From: Macrostomum lignano
Lineage: Eukaryota
Direction: 5' to 3'
Assembly: GCA_002269645.1 (NCBI GenBank)
Contig: NIVC01000163.1
Span: forward strand, 529,136-593,135
Length of the DNA: 64,000 nucleotides
The notes under the pieces are model-generated. The model saw nothing but the letters and a program-made list of their open reading frames with translations, had not been told where the DNA came from and ran no database searches. This document shows positions 12,013 through 26,330 of this stretch, one piece after another (position 1 is the stretch's first letter; each line of letters starts with the position of its first letter). The translations under genes were made by a program, and so were the position numbers.

Positions 12013-14849
12013 TAAAAATAAAAGAAGCGTCATTTAAAACATGAAAGAAGCGTCATGTAGACATAAAATATGAGTCATGTAAAAAATAAAAGAAGCATCA
12101 TATCAGACATAAAAGGCGTCATATAAAAAATGAAAGGAGTTTCACGTCAGACATATAGGAAGCGTCATTTAAAAAATATAGGAAGCGTCATGTACAAAAT
12201 AAAAGAAGGGTCATGTAAAACATAAAATAAGCATCAGGTCAGACATAAAAGAAGCGTCATGTCAGACAAAAAGGGTCATGTCAGACATAAAAGAAAAGGT
12301 CATGTAAAACATTCCTGAGGTGTCAAGGCTTGGGGGGAATTGCTGAGAGGTCAATGCTTACGAGGGAGGAGGGTTGCAAACATGTCAAGGGTGAGAGAGA
12401 ATTTCACAAGAACCCTACAGTCAAAAGTTGTAAAGCATGATCAGACTGACAGTTGGCACATATAACACGACACACAATTCGAAGATGTAGATAAAGATTT
12501 AAACATAAAAATTAGCCTAAATAACTACGTAAATATATTAATTCTCATAAAACGATTGAATGATTTTCAAAAAACTGGAGAGCGTCTAAAGTCCCGTGAC
12601 TGCAATCACGAACGAAGCCACAAAACACAAAATTTTGAAAAGAAATTAGAAAACAAATTTTTGCCACCTTTTCTACTATCTCAAGTAGTAATTAACCATG
12701 CAATTGGAGAATTACAAAAAGGTTATTTTTCAGCTGGCGCAAAGTGCTAGTTGGGAGTACACAATGTTAATTAAATTAAAAATTATAACAAAAAACTAAT
12801 CGAAATCTGCGGTAATTTTTTTCATTTTTTAGAGTCGGATCTAAACGGACCATTGCGGACGAATAACGGACCCGCAGAAGTACAATGAATGACGGACTTT
12901 TTACATTAAGTAACTGAATATAGTCCTTTGGCGTGATTTACTGTAAAAACTAGACATTTTTCCAAACCAGACGCAATTCCCTCGTGAGGACCCGTCGAGT
13001 CCGAAAGATGTCCTAGCCTACCTTTTACACCGGGATGTGTTGTAGCAGCGACTGCGAGTCTGCATGGATGAGAACAAGTCAAATATCTGGTGAAAAATAC
13101 CAAACCAAAAAGCTTTAATGCAGTAGATAACATTATGTATGTATGGATGATTTTGACAATTATATCTTGATACAGTTCAATAGCCTAGAATATGGTTCCA
13201 CGCAAATGTCTACATACTTGATAAAAAATTCAAGCAATTTTCACTGGGGTCGTTTTTGTGAGTTTAAATTTAAACTATTTTTCAGTTTTAGCACTAAAAA
13301 TCACATTTTTAGTATATTGGGACTACAGATTTTAGTAAATCAGAAACCATACTCAATAAAACTAATTCTAGCTTCCAACCCACGACGACAGGGGCAAAAT
13401 ATATCTACAAATAATAGGGACCAGAAGAACTACATGATATTTTTATGCTTTAAATAGGATCTAACGTACCTTCGTATTAAAACAGAAGATCCATAGTAAA
13501 ATAAAAGTTAAAAGGAAGCCGATGATAAGACCGATAATTAATCCAACGGTTGTGTAAGCAGGACCAGTACTATAAGCTGCTTGTACTTCAACTTCAAAGC
13601 ATGCGCAAGTAGGCATTGGCCGTTGCTCCGCCTTCAAAGGCTGCTTCTTTTCTGTTTTAAGAAACTGATATGTCTAAAACGGGGTAGTTTATCTAAATGT
13701 ACTCACTCATCTACTGGACAAGAGAATGCCTTAAAAAGTTCCTGCAATTCATTTGAATGACTAGGAAACAAAGTCAACAAAACTCAAAATGCTTAAGTGC
13801 TATGCAAATTTAACTTTCCTAATAATAAACACGTTTAATTTGTTTGGTGCTTTTACTTTTAGTTGATAAAAACATATTTTTTTAAAACAATAATATCTGT
13901 GTTTTAACTTCAAAGCCACAATTTACAAAAAACAATTTTTCAAAACAATGTTTTCCAAGAATGTTTAAAATTTTAGTCGGTAGGCGTCAGGCATATACGA
14001 GCTATATAATATAATATACCCTGCCAATGAAAAATTCATTGCTGATTACTTGCTTGGCTAGATAGCCTAGACCTAGATTCTTAAATGAGATAGGAGGAAG
14101 ATTTAAAACCTTGAAGTGTTGTTAAGCAAATTTGAATGGTATAAAATTTGCTGCTAATGCTAATGTGCTAACTTAGCACTGCTAAGTAATATACATGGAC
14201 CTCGCAATTGAGTTGAAATTCTTAAGAAAATTTATACAAGACAATATTTTTTGCTCAATGACAATGATCTTAGGTTTTTCATTGCATGTTTTATTATTTT
14301 CTTATAAAATTATTTAACTAGTCTCTATCCTTTTTCATAGTGTAGCCATCATACCAATACCATAATTACTATATTGTTTTTAACAACATATTCTATCTTT
14401 AAGTAATGGCAAATAAAATTAATTTCAATTTTTGTTTTATATCTATAGTAATTCTTTTACATATATTGAGTTCCATATTATAGTTTTTTAATTGCATTTA
14501 TATAGATAGATACAAAGAATAAAAGGATCAGCTGTTTAGTAGTATAGTAAGCTTTGTAAAAAACTGATTTATTAAAAAAACAGAGTAAAATCTATTATCT
14601 AATAAATCCTTAGTTTTTTCAAGAAATATTTTTTTGCAAAATAGTTATCTATATTTCAGTTATCTAAAATATTTTATTAAGACAGTACTTTAGGTGACTT
14701 TATGCTTAAATTTCATATTAAAATATTACATCACTTTTATGCATGACATTATCGAGTGAAAAACTGTCTTAATGCAACATTTGTATGCAAGCTATGGCCT
14801 TGTACTTCCTTGCAGACTGTGGCAGTGTGTTGGACAACGACTACTTAGC

Positions 14850-17016
14850 ATGGATACTTCTCTCCCAACTAAGAAGGTAGCTCGTATATCTGTTAACATG
14901 TTTGCATTTTTATTTATTTGCTAGATTTTTATGCAATGTTGTTTTCAACCATAGGATCTTTCCAAGCTGAGCCCAGAGCAGAGACAGGAGCTGCTGGATC
15001 CACTGCTGCAGAGCAGTTGGAAACTGGTTGATGGTCGCGATGCCATCTTCAAGAGTTACAAGTTCAAGGATTTTCAGCAGGTATGCATGCTATTTCCCTA
15101 AGGGTGATTTTCTTAAGGGTAGGCCTACAGCTTACTGTGACTCTCAAATGCAAAATACAACCATTGTAAAGCAACATCTTATGCATGACTGAGATTGTGC
15201 TATTGTGAATGGGTGAGATTTGACTTGCTGAATACTATTGTGGGTGAGATTTGACTTGCTGAATACTATTGTGGGTGAGATTTGACTTGCTGAATTCTAT
15301 TGTGGGTGAGATCTGACTTGCTGAATACTATTGTGGGTGAGATTTGACTTGCTGAATACTATTGTGGGTGAGATCTGACTTGCTGAATTCTATTGTGGGT
15401 GAGATTTGACTTGCTGAATTCTATTGTGGGTGAGATTTGACTTGCTGAATTCTATTGTGGGTGAGATTTTGACTTGCTGAATTCTATTGTGGGTGAGATT
15501 TGACTTGCTGAATTCTATTGTGGGTGAGATCTGACTTGCTGAATTCTATTGTGGGTGAGATTTTGACTTGCTGAATTCTATTGTGGGTGAGATTTTGACT
15601 TGCTGAATTCTATTGTGGGTGAGATTTTGACTTGCTGAATACTATTGTGGGTGAGATTTGACTTGCTGAATACTATTGTGGGTGAGATTTTGACTTGCTG
15701 AATTCTATTGTGGGTGAGATTTTGACTTGCTGAATACTATTGTGGGTGAGATTTGACTTGCTGAATACTGTTGTGGGTGAGATTTGACTTGCTGAATACT
15801 GTTGTGGGTGAGATTTGACTTGCTGAATACTATTGTGGGTGAGATTTTGACTTGCTGAATTCTATTGTGGGTGAGATTTGACTTGCTGAATACTATTGTG
15901 GGTGAGATTTTGACTTGCTGAATTCTATTGTGGGTGAGATTTGACTTGCTGAATTATATTGTGGGTGAGATTTGACTTGCTGAGTTCTATTGTGGGTGAG
16001 ATTTGACTTGCTGAATTCTATTGTGGGTGAGATTTGACTTGCTGAATTCTATTGTGGGTGAGATTTGACTTGCTGAATTCTATTGTGGTGGATGAGATTT
16101 GACTTGCTGAATTCTATTGTGGAGGATGAGATTTGACTTGCTGAATTCTATTGTGGGGGAGATTTTGACTTGCTGAATTCTATTGTGGTGGATGAGATTT
16201 GACTTGCTGAGTTCTATTGTGGAGGATGAGATTTGACTTGCTGAATTCTATTGTGGGTGAGATTTTGACTTGCTGAATTCTATTGTGGTGGATGAGATTT
16301 GACTTGCTGAGTTCTATTGTGGAGGATGAGATTTGACTTGCTGAATTCTATTGTGGGGGAGATTTTGACTTGCTGAATTCTATTGTGGTGGATGAGATTT
16401 GACTTGCTGAGTTCTATTGTGGAGGATGAGATTTGACTTGCTGAATTCTATTGTGGGTGAGATTTTGACTTGCTGAATTCTATTGTGGGTGAGATTTTGA
16501 CTTGCTGAATTCTATTGTGGGTGAGATTTGACTTGCTGAATACTATTGTGGATGAGATGTGACTTGCTGAATTCTATTGTGGGTGAGATGTGACTTGCTG
16601 AATTCTATTGTGGGTGAGATGTGACTTGCTGAATTCTATTGTGGGTGAGATGTGACTTGCTGAATTCTATTGTGGGTGAGATGTGACTTGCTGAATTCTA
16701 TTGTGGGTGAGATGTGACTTGCTGAATTCTATTGTGGGTGAGATTTGACTTGCTGAATTCTATTGTGGGTGAGATGTGACTTGCAGTCAATCGCAGAGCC
16801 CCGAAATCAATTAATATCTTCTCCCAATTCCAGGCATTTTCCTTCATGACCAACTCGGCCCTGAACGCTGAGAAGCTGGACCACCACCCGGAGTGGTTCA
16901 ACGTCTACAATCGAGTTGACGTCACGCTGACCACGCACTCCTGCGGTGGCATATCCAGTCGGGACGTCCGTCTGGCCAGCGTAATGGACGCGGCGGCGGC
17001 CAAGTATTTTGCCTAA
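14850..17016 (+). CDS. PCBD: Pterin-4-alpha-carbinolamine dehydratase (PCD/DCoH)
   Basis: Exons 14850-14876, 14955-15080 and 16834-17016, all phase 0. Protein [77 protein letters not shown] carries the hallmark HHPEWFNVY. Confidence 0.95.
15215..16785. repeat. 31-bp minisatellite filling a PCBD intron
   Basis: Unit ATTGTGGGTGAGATTTGACTTGCTGAATACT. Confidence 0.97.
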
Positions 17017-17320
17017 TCAAGCTTCTATTAATAATTGATGATTTCGCATTGTACTACTCAATTTGACTAATTTAGTAGCGTATTTCGAATTATATTTTTG
17101 TTCTGTTAAAAATGTGCTATAAGAAAATAAATATGATAAAAGTAAACAGCGACTTAACAAGTTGAACTGCTGACTAACATTGAGAGGGTTAAATTATAAC
17201 TAGTAATAATAATACTGAATTAGCAATTATTACAATATTATAATGAAAACTAAATAACTGGGTTAAAATCTATAAGCTTTGAAAAATCAACACGCTCACC
17301 CAGATTTCTCATTTTCTACG

Positions 17321-19288
17321 GGATCCCATGCTGATCCCAGATCCCATGCTGATCCCAGATCACATGCTGATCCCAGATCCCATGCTGATCTCAGATCCCA
17401 TGCTGATCTCAGATCCCATGCTGATCCCAGATCCCATGCTGGTTCCAGATCCCATGCTGGTTCCAGATCCCATGCTGGTTCCAGATCCCATGCTGGTTCC
17501 AGATCCCATGCTGGTTCCAGATCCCATGCTGGTTCCAGATCCCATGCTGGTTCCAGATCCCATGCTGGTCCCAGATCCCATGCTGATCCCAGATCCCATG
17601 CTGATCTCAGATCCCATGCTGACCCCAGATCCCATGCTGACCCCAGATCCCATGCTGACCCCAGATCCCATGCTGATCCCAGATCCCATGCTGATCCCAG
17701 ATCCCATGCTGATCTCAGATCCCATGCTGGTTCCAGATCCCATGCTGGTTCCAGATCCCATGCTGGTTCCAGATCCCATGCTGGTTCCAGATCCCATGCT
17801 GGTTCCAGATCCCATGCTGGTTCCAGATCCCATGCTGGTTCCAGATCCCATGCTGGTTCCAGATCCCATGCTGGTTCCAGATCCCATGCTGATCTCAGAT
17901 CTCAGATCCCATGCTGACCCCAGATCCCATGCTGACCCCAGATCCCATGCTGACCCCAGATCCCATGCTGATCCCAGATCCATGCTGATCCCAGATCCCA
18001 TGCTGATCTCAGATCCCATGCTGATCCCAGATCCCATGCTGGTTCCAGATCCCATGCTGGTTCCAGATCCCATGCTGGTCGCAGATCCCATGCTGATCTC
18101 AGATCCCATGCTGATCTCAGATCCCATGCTGATCCCAGATCCCATGCTGATCCCAGATCCCATGCTGATCCCAGATCCATGCTGATCTCAGATCCCATGC
18201 TGATCTCAGATCCCATGCTGATCTCAGATCCCATGCTGATCCCAGATCCCATGCTGATCTCAGATCCCATGCTGACCCCAGATCCCATGCTGACCCCAGA
18301 TCCCATGCTGACCCCAGATCCCATGCTGATCCCAGATCCCATGCTGATCCCAGATCCCATGCTGATCTCAGATCCCATGCTGGTTCCAGATCCCATGCTG
18401 GTTCCAGATCCCATGCTGGTTCCAGATCCCATGCTGGTTCCAGATCCCATGCTGGTTCCAGATCCCATGCTGGTTCCAGATCCCATGCTGGTTCCAGATC
18501 CCATGCTGGTTCCAGATCCCATGCTGATCTCAGATCTCAGATCCCATGCTGACCCCAGATCCCATGCTGACCCCAGATCCCATACTGACCCCAGATCCCA
18601 TGCTGATCCCAGATCCCATGCTGATCCCAGATCCCATGCTGATCTCAGATCCCATGCTGATCCCAGATCCCATGCTGGTTCCAGATCCCATGCTGGTTCC
18701 AGATCCCATGCTGGTCCCAGATCCCATGCTGATCTCAGATCCCATGCTGATTTCAGATCCCATGCTGATCCCAGATCCCATGCTGACCCCAGATCCCATG
18801 CTGATCCCAGATCCCATGCTGATCTCAGATCCCATGCTGATCTCAGATCCCATGCTGATCTCAGATCCCATGCTGATCCCAGATCCCATGCTGATCCCAG
18901 ATCCCATGCTGATCCCAGATCCCATGCTGATCCCAGATCCCATGCTGGTTCCAGATCCCATGCTGGTTCCAGATCCCATGCTGGTTCCAGATCCCATGCT
19001 GGTTCCAGATCCCATGCTGGTCCCAGATCCCATGCTGATCCAGATCCCATGCTGATCTCAGATCCCATGCTGACCCCAGATCCCATGCTGACCCAGATCC
19101 CATGCTGATCCCAGATCCCATGCTGATCCCAGATCCCATGCTGATCTCAGATCCCATGCTGGTTCCAGATCCCATGCTGATCCCCATGCTGACCCCAGAT
19201 CCCATGCTGACCCCAGATCCCATGCTGACCCCATGCTGATCCCAGATCCCATGCTGACCCCAGATCCCATGCTGATCCCATGCTGATC
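17321..19288. repeat. 18-bp minisatellite (GATCCCATGCTGATCCCA)
   Basis: Visible; the source of the DPRSHA/MLIPDP ORFs. Confidence 0.97.
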
Positions 19289-19299
19289 AGATGCTCCCC

Positions 19300-19585
19300 A
19301 CCAGCCTCGCCTCCACGCCTTCCTCGCCTATAGCAGCGCCCAAGCGTTCTCAATCGGGTTTAGGTCGGGCCACCGGGCCGTCCAGTCTTGGACATTCGCG
19401 AGTTCGAAAGCCACTGCTTGGCCTCGGCGACCAGCACTGTCCGGGAAGACGGCCTCGCTCTGGCCGGCCGAGTGGATGCCAGCCCAGGGCCGCACTGAGG
19501 GGAACTGGCTGGCGTCACTGCGGCGCCGCTCCTGCTGCACGCCCCAGCTCGCGACCTGCTTCTGAATTGGGGCAGCATGCAAGTG
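19300..19585 (-). mobile_element. Tc1/mariner transposase remnant, internally deleted
   Basis: Minus strand SVRPWAGI.. followed by DWTARWPDLNPIENAWALL, a degenerate Tc1 WPxxSPDLNPIExxW motif around the third catalytic residue. Confidence 0.75.
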
Positions 19586-19685
19586 GAGCCCTTTGCAAAT
19601 CAGTGCGCCTGTCGACCCACAGTCAGCCTTCTGTTAGGCTTAACCCTAACCCACCCCTAATCAGTTGGCAAAAGCATATGCACCA

Positions 19686-21870
19686 CCTGCAGTAGCTTTG
19701 GCGCCCCCTGCAGTAGCTTTGGCGCCCCCTGCAGTAGCTTTGGCGCCACCTGCAGTAGCTTTGGCGCCCCCTGCAGTAGCTTTGGCGCCCCCTGCAGTAG
19801 CTTTGGCGCCCCCTGCAGTAGCTTTGGCGCCCCCTGCAGTAGCTTTGGCGCCCCCTGCAGTAGCTTTGGCGCCCCCTGAAGTAGCTTTGGCGCCCCCTGC
19901 AGTAGCTTTGGCGCCCCCTGCAGTAGCTTTGGCGCCACCTGCAGTAGCTTTGGCGCCCCCTGCAGTAGCTTTTGCACCCCCTGCAGTAGCTTTGGCACCC
20001 CCTGCAGTAGCTTTGGCACCCCCTGCAGTAGCTTTTGCACCCCCTGCAGTAGCTTTGGCACCCCCTGCAGTAGCTTTGGCACCCCTGCAGTAGCTTTGGC
20101 GCCCCTGCAGTAGCTTTGGCGCCACCTGCAGTAGCTTTGGCACCACCTGCAGTAGCTTTGGCGCCCCCTGCAGTAGCTTTGGCACCCCCTGCAGTAGCTT
20201 TGGCACCCCCTGCAGTAGCTTTGGCGCCACCTGCAGTAGCTTTGGCGCCACCTGCAGTAGCTTTGGCACCACCTGCAGTAGCTTTGGCGCCCCCTGCAGT
20301 AGCTTTGGCGCCACCTGCAGTAGCTTTGGCACCCCCTGCAGTAGCTTTGGCACCCCCTGCAGTATTTGGCGCCTTTGGCACCCCCTGCAGTATTTGGCGC
20401 CTTTGGCACCCCCTGCAGTATTTGGCGCCTTTGGCACCCCCTGCAGTAGCTTTTGCACCCCCTGCAGTAGCTTTGGCACCCCCTGCAGTAGCTTTGGCAC
20501 CCCCTGCAGTAGCTTTGGCGCCCCCTGCAGTAGCTTTGGCGCCACCTGCAGTAGCTTTGGCACCACCTGCAGTAGCTTTGGCGCCCCCTGCAGTAGCTTT
20601 GGCACCCCCTGCAGTAGCTTTGGCACCCCCTGCAGTAGCTTTAGCGCCACCTGCAGTAGCTTTGGCACCCCCTGCAGTAGCTTTGGCGCCACCTGCAGTA
20701 GCTTTGGCGCCACCTGCAGTAGCTTTGGCACCACCTGCAGTAGCTTTGGCGCCCCCTGCAGTAGCTTTGGCGCCACCTGCAGTAGCTTTGGCACCCCCTG
20801 CAGTAGCTTTGGCACCCCCTGCAGTATTTGGCGCCTTTGGCACCCCCTGCAGTATTTGGCGCCTTTGGCACCCCCTGCAGTAGCTTTTGCACCCCCTGCA
20901 GTAGCTTTGGCACCCCCTGCAGTAGCTTTGGCACCCCCTGCAGTAGCTTTGGCGCCCCTGCAGTAGCTTTGGCGCCACCTGCAGTAGCTTTGGCACCACC
21001 TGCAGTAGCTTTGGCGCCCCCTGCAGTAGCTTTGGCACCCCCTGCAGTAGCTTTGGCACCACCTGCAGTAGCTTTGGCGCCCCCTGCAGTAGCTTTGGCG
21101 CCACCTGCAGTAGCTTTGGCACCCCCTGCAGTAGCATTGGCACCGCTGCAGTATTTGGCGCCTTTGGCACCCCTGCAGTATTTGGCGCCTTTGGCACCCC
21201 CTGCAGTATTTGGCGCCTTTGGCACCCCCTGCAGTATTTGGCGCCTTTGGCACCCCTTGCAGTAGCTTTGGCGCCCCTGCAGTATTTGGCGCCTTTGGCA
21301 CCCCCTGCAGTATTTGGCGCCTTTGGCACCCCCTGCAGTATTTGGCGCCTTTGGCACCCCCTGCAGTAGCTTTGGCGCCCCCTGCAGTATTTGGCGCCTT
21401 TGGCACCCCCTGCAGTATTTGGCGCCTTTGGCACCCCCTGCAGTAGCTTTGGCGCCCCCTGCAGTATTTGGCGCCTTTGGCACCCCCTGCAGTATTTGGC
21501 GCCTTTGGCACCCCCTGCAGTATTTGGCGCCTTTGGCACCCCTGCAGTATTTGGCGCCTTTGGCACCCCTGCAGTATTTGACGCCTTTGGCACCCCCTGC
21601 AGTATTTGGCGCCTTTGGCACCCCCTGCAGTATTTGGCGCCTTTGGCACCCCCTGCAGTATTTGGCGCCTTTGGCACCCCTGCAGTAGCTTTGGCGCCCC
21701 CTGCAGTAGCTTTGGCGCCCCCTGCAGTAGCTTTGGCGCCACCTACAGTAGCTTTGGCGCCACCTACAGTAGCTTTGGCGCCACCTGCAGTAGCTTTGGC
21801 ACCACCTGCAGTAGCTTTGGCGCCCCTGCAGTAGCTTTGGCGCCACCTGCAGTAGCTTTGGCACCCCCTT
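19686..21870. repeat. 21-bp minisatellite (CTGCAGTAGCTTTGGCGCCCC) interleaved with a 28-29 bp variant
   Basis: Visible; variant unit CTGCAGTATTTGGCGCCTTTGGCACCCC. Confidence 0.97.
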
Positions 21871-21874
21871 GCAG

Positions 21875-22030
21875 TCCGCCGATCAGGACGAAAATCGACG
21901 ACTTTAACAAGCAGAGCGACGAGTTCGGCGATTTGGTGGTGACAAATTTTAAAGATCATTACCACAATCCGACTTATAAGAACCTGCATGGGATTCGATG
22001 GGCATTGGAACACTGCTCGGGAGTTCCGTT
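21875..22030 (+). pseudogene. Isolated exon-like fragment of a GT31 beta-1,3-galactosyltransferase
   Basis: Reads QSDEFGDLVVTNFKDHYHNPTYKNLHGIRWALEHCSGVPFVL, matching GT31 ESxxYGDIxxxxFxDxYxNLTxK...xW...C. Bounded by TTGCAG and GTAATG. No partner exons seen in the window. Confidence 0.7.
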
Positions 22031-22088
22031 TGTGCTCAGTGTAATGATTCTGCTTAGCCTGCTTTTTGATCTAACTCTTCCGCCTCAT

Positions 22089-22427
<339 letters not shown>

Positions 22428-22773
22428 GGATAGGTTGTATGTTACAATGCAGAGCTTCTGTCACGTGCTAGTCAATAATTTTCCGCAGTTGCAGAAGTCT
22501 CCAGTTTCAAGTTTTATAATATTTCAGTCCATTTTACAACACCACAAGAAGGCACTTGCTAGTTTTGTTTAGTTTTCTCACGACCGAAATCTTCCAGACA
22601 GACACTGATCTGCTTTCCAGTTTCCGCATAGACGGCTCAGAATTTTGAACTGAATTCCGGACGAACAGAAACTTATAAAAGTCGACTCGCGAATCAATGA
22701 AGGGGCATTTGTGTTTTACTGCGTCATTTCTTTTTAGTCGTTTGATTGAAGATCTGCCAGTGCCACTGCAGAC

Positions 22774-24510
<1,737 letters not shown>

Positions 24511-24791
24511 AATTTTAAATCGAGTACATCTACGAGTATTTACGATGCAAAAACAACTTCTACTCGAAATATTATACGGTCGTACATTAAGTGTAAAATG
24601 GAGTCATTTGCATGAAGTCTGCTTAGGAATAAGTAACAATAGTACGTACATGTACTTGGTTTCTCGTCTAAAATCAAATTCAATCTAAGTTGCACCTTCT
24701 ATAAATATACAGCAACATGTTGAAGTAGGTATCTGTTTTGAGAATTGTTTGTTAAGACAGAATTTACTGTTTGTTACAATTGGGACACACG

Positions 24792-26090
24792 GAGAGAGAG
24801 GGAGCGGAGAGGAGGCAGTGGAGGGGAGGGAGCGGAGAGGAGGCAGCGGAGAGGAGGGAGCGGAGGGGAGGGAGCGGAGGGGAGGGAGCGGAGAGGAGGG
24901 AGCGGAGGGGAGGGAGCGGAGAGGAGGGAGCGGAGAGGAGGCAGCGGAGGGGAGGGAGCGGAGGGGAGGGAGCGGAGGGGAGGGAGCGGAGGGAGGGAGC
25001 GGAGAGGAGGGAGCGAGAGGAGGGCAGCGGAGAAGAGGGCAGCGGAGGGGAGGGAGCGGAGAGGAGGCAGCGGAGGGGAGGGAGCGGAGAGGAGGGAGCG
25101 GAGGGGAGGCAGCGGAGGGGAGGGAGCGGAGAGGAGGCAGCGGAGGGGAGGGAGCGGAGAGGAGGGAGCGGAGAGGAGGGAGCGGAGGGGAGGGAGTGGA
25201 GGGGAGGGAGCGGAGAGGAGGCAGCGGAGAGGAGGGAGCGGAGGGGAGGGAGCGGAGAGGAGGCAGCGGAGGGGAGGGAGCGGAGGGGAGGGAGCGGAGA
25301 GGAGGCAGCGGAGAGGAGGCAGCGGAGGGGAGGGAGCGGAGGGGAGGGAGCGGAGAGGAGGGAGCGGAGAAGAGGGCAGCGGAGGGGAGCGGAGAGGAGG
25401 GAGCGGAGAGGAGGGAGCGGAGGGGGCAGCGGAGGGGAGGCAGCGGAGGGGAAGGAGCGGAGAGGAGGCAGTGGAGGGGAGGGAGCGGAGAGGAGGGAGC
25501 GGAGAAGAGGGCAGCGGAGAGGAGGCAGCGGAGGGGAGGGAGCGGAGGGGAGGCAGCGGAGGGGAAGGAGCGGGGAGGAGGCAGCGGAGAGGAGGCAGCG
25601 GAGGGGAGGGAGCGAGAAGAGGGCAGCGGAGAAGAGGGCAGCGGAGAGGAGGCAGCGGAGGGGAGGGAGCGGAGGGGAGGCAGCGGAGGGGAGGCAGCGG
25701 AGGGGAGGGAGTGGAGAGGAGGCAGCGGAGAGGAGGGAGCGGAGGGGAGGGAGCGGAGAGGAGGGAGCGGAGAAGAGGGCAGCGGAGAGGAGGCAGCGGA
25801 GGGGAGGGAGCGGAGGGGAGGCAGCGGAGGGGAAGGAGCGGAGAGGAGGCAGCGGAGAGGAGAGGAAGGAGCAGAGGGGAGGGAGCGGAGAGGAGGGAGC
25901 GGAGAAGAGGGCAGCGGAGAGGAGGCAGCGGAGGGGAGGGAGCGGAGGGGAGGCAGCGGAGGGGAGGGAGCGGAGAGGAGGCAGCGGAGAGGAGGGAGCG
26001 GAGGGGAGGGAGCGGAGAGGAGGGAGCGGAGGGGAGGGAGCGGAGGGGAGGCAGTGGAGAGGAGGGAGCGGAGAGGAAGGAGCGAGAGGG
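24792..26090. repeat. Purine-rich 14-bp minisatellite (AGCGGAGAGGAGGC/G)
   Basis: Visible; explains four overlapping low-complexity ORFs. Confidence 0.95.
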
Positions 26091-26330
26091 AAACCAGGAA
26101 ACCAGAAGAGAAGTGCAATAGTTTATCTCACGTCACTGAATGAACGAAGTCAAGGTGCAAATTAAACCAAAACATTGCCAAAACAAAACCATTGAATTAT
26201 TATATTTGGTTCGGGAAGCTGAGGATCAAATACTTCAAACTAATTATAATAGAACAGTTGAGTCAGACTTCTGGAGCATTAAGAAAGTTTATTTTGTGAG
26301 CTCAAAGTAAAGGTACCTGATTGATGACAT

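Larger units (their letters stand above)
11030..12310. repeat. Loose AAAAGAAGCGTCATGTCAGACAT array split in two by the 11132-12012 insertion
   Basis: The same motif occurs at 11030-11131 and 12013-12310. Confidence 0.8.

Noticed and set aside
19641-19660. Telomere-like TAACCCTAACCC
   Set aside because: Only about two units; could arise by chance.
17279-22013. Many long ORFs (DPRSHA, MLVPDP, GGAKATA, PPAVALA repeats)
   Set aside because: Units of 18 and 21 bp are open in several frames on both strands. There are no unique domains or plausible gene structure.
24685-26165. RGG/Glu-rich ORFs of about 460 aa
   Set aside because: A purine-rich minisatellite that is open in all frames; no splice or start context.
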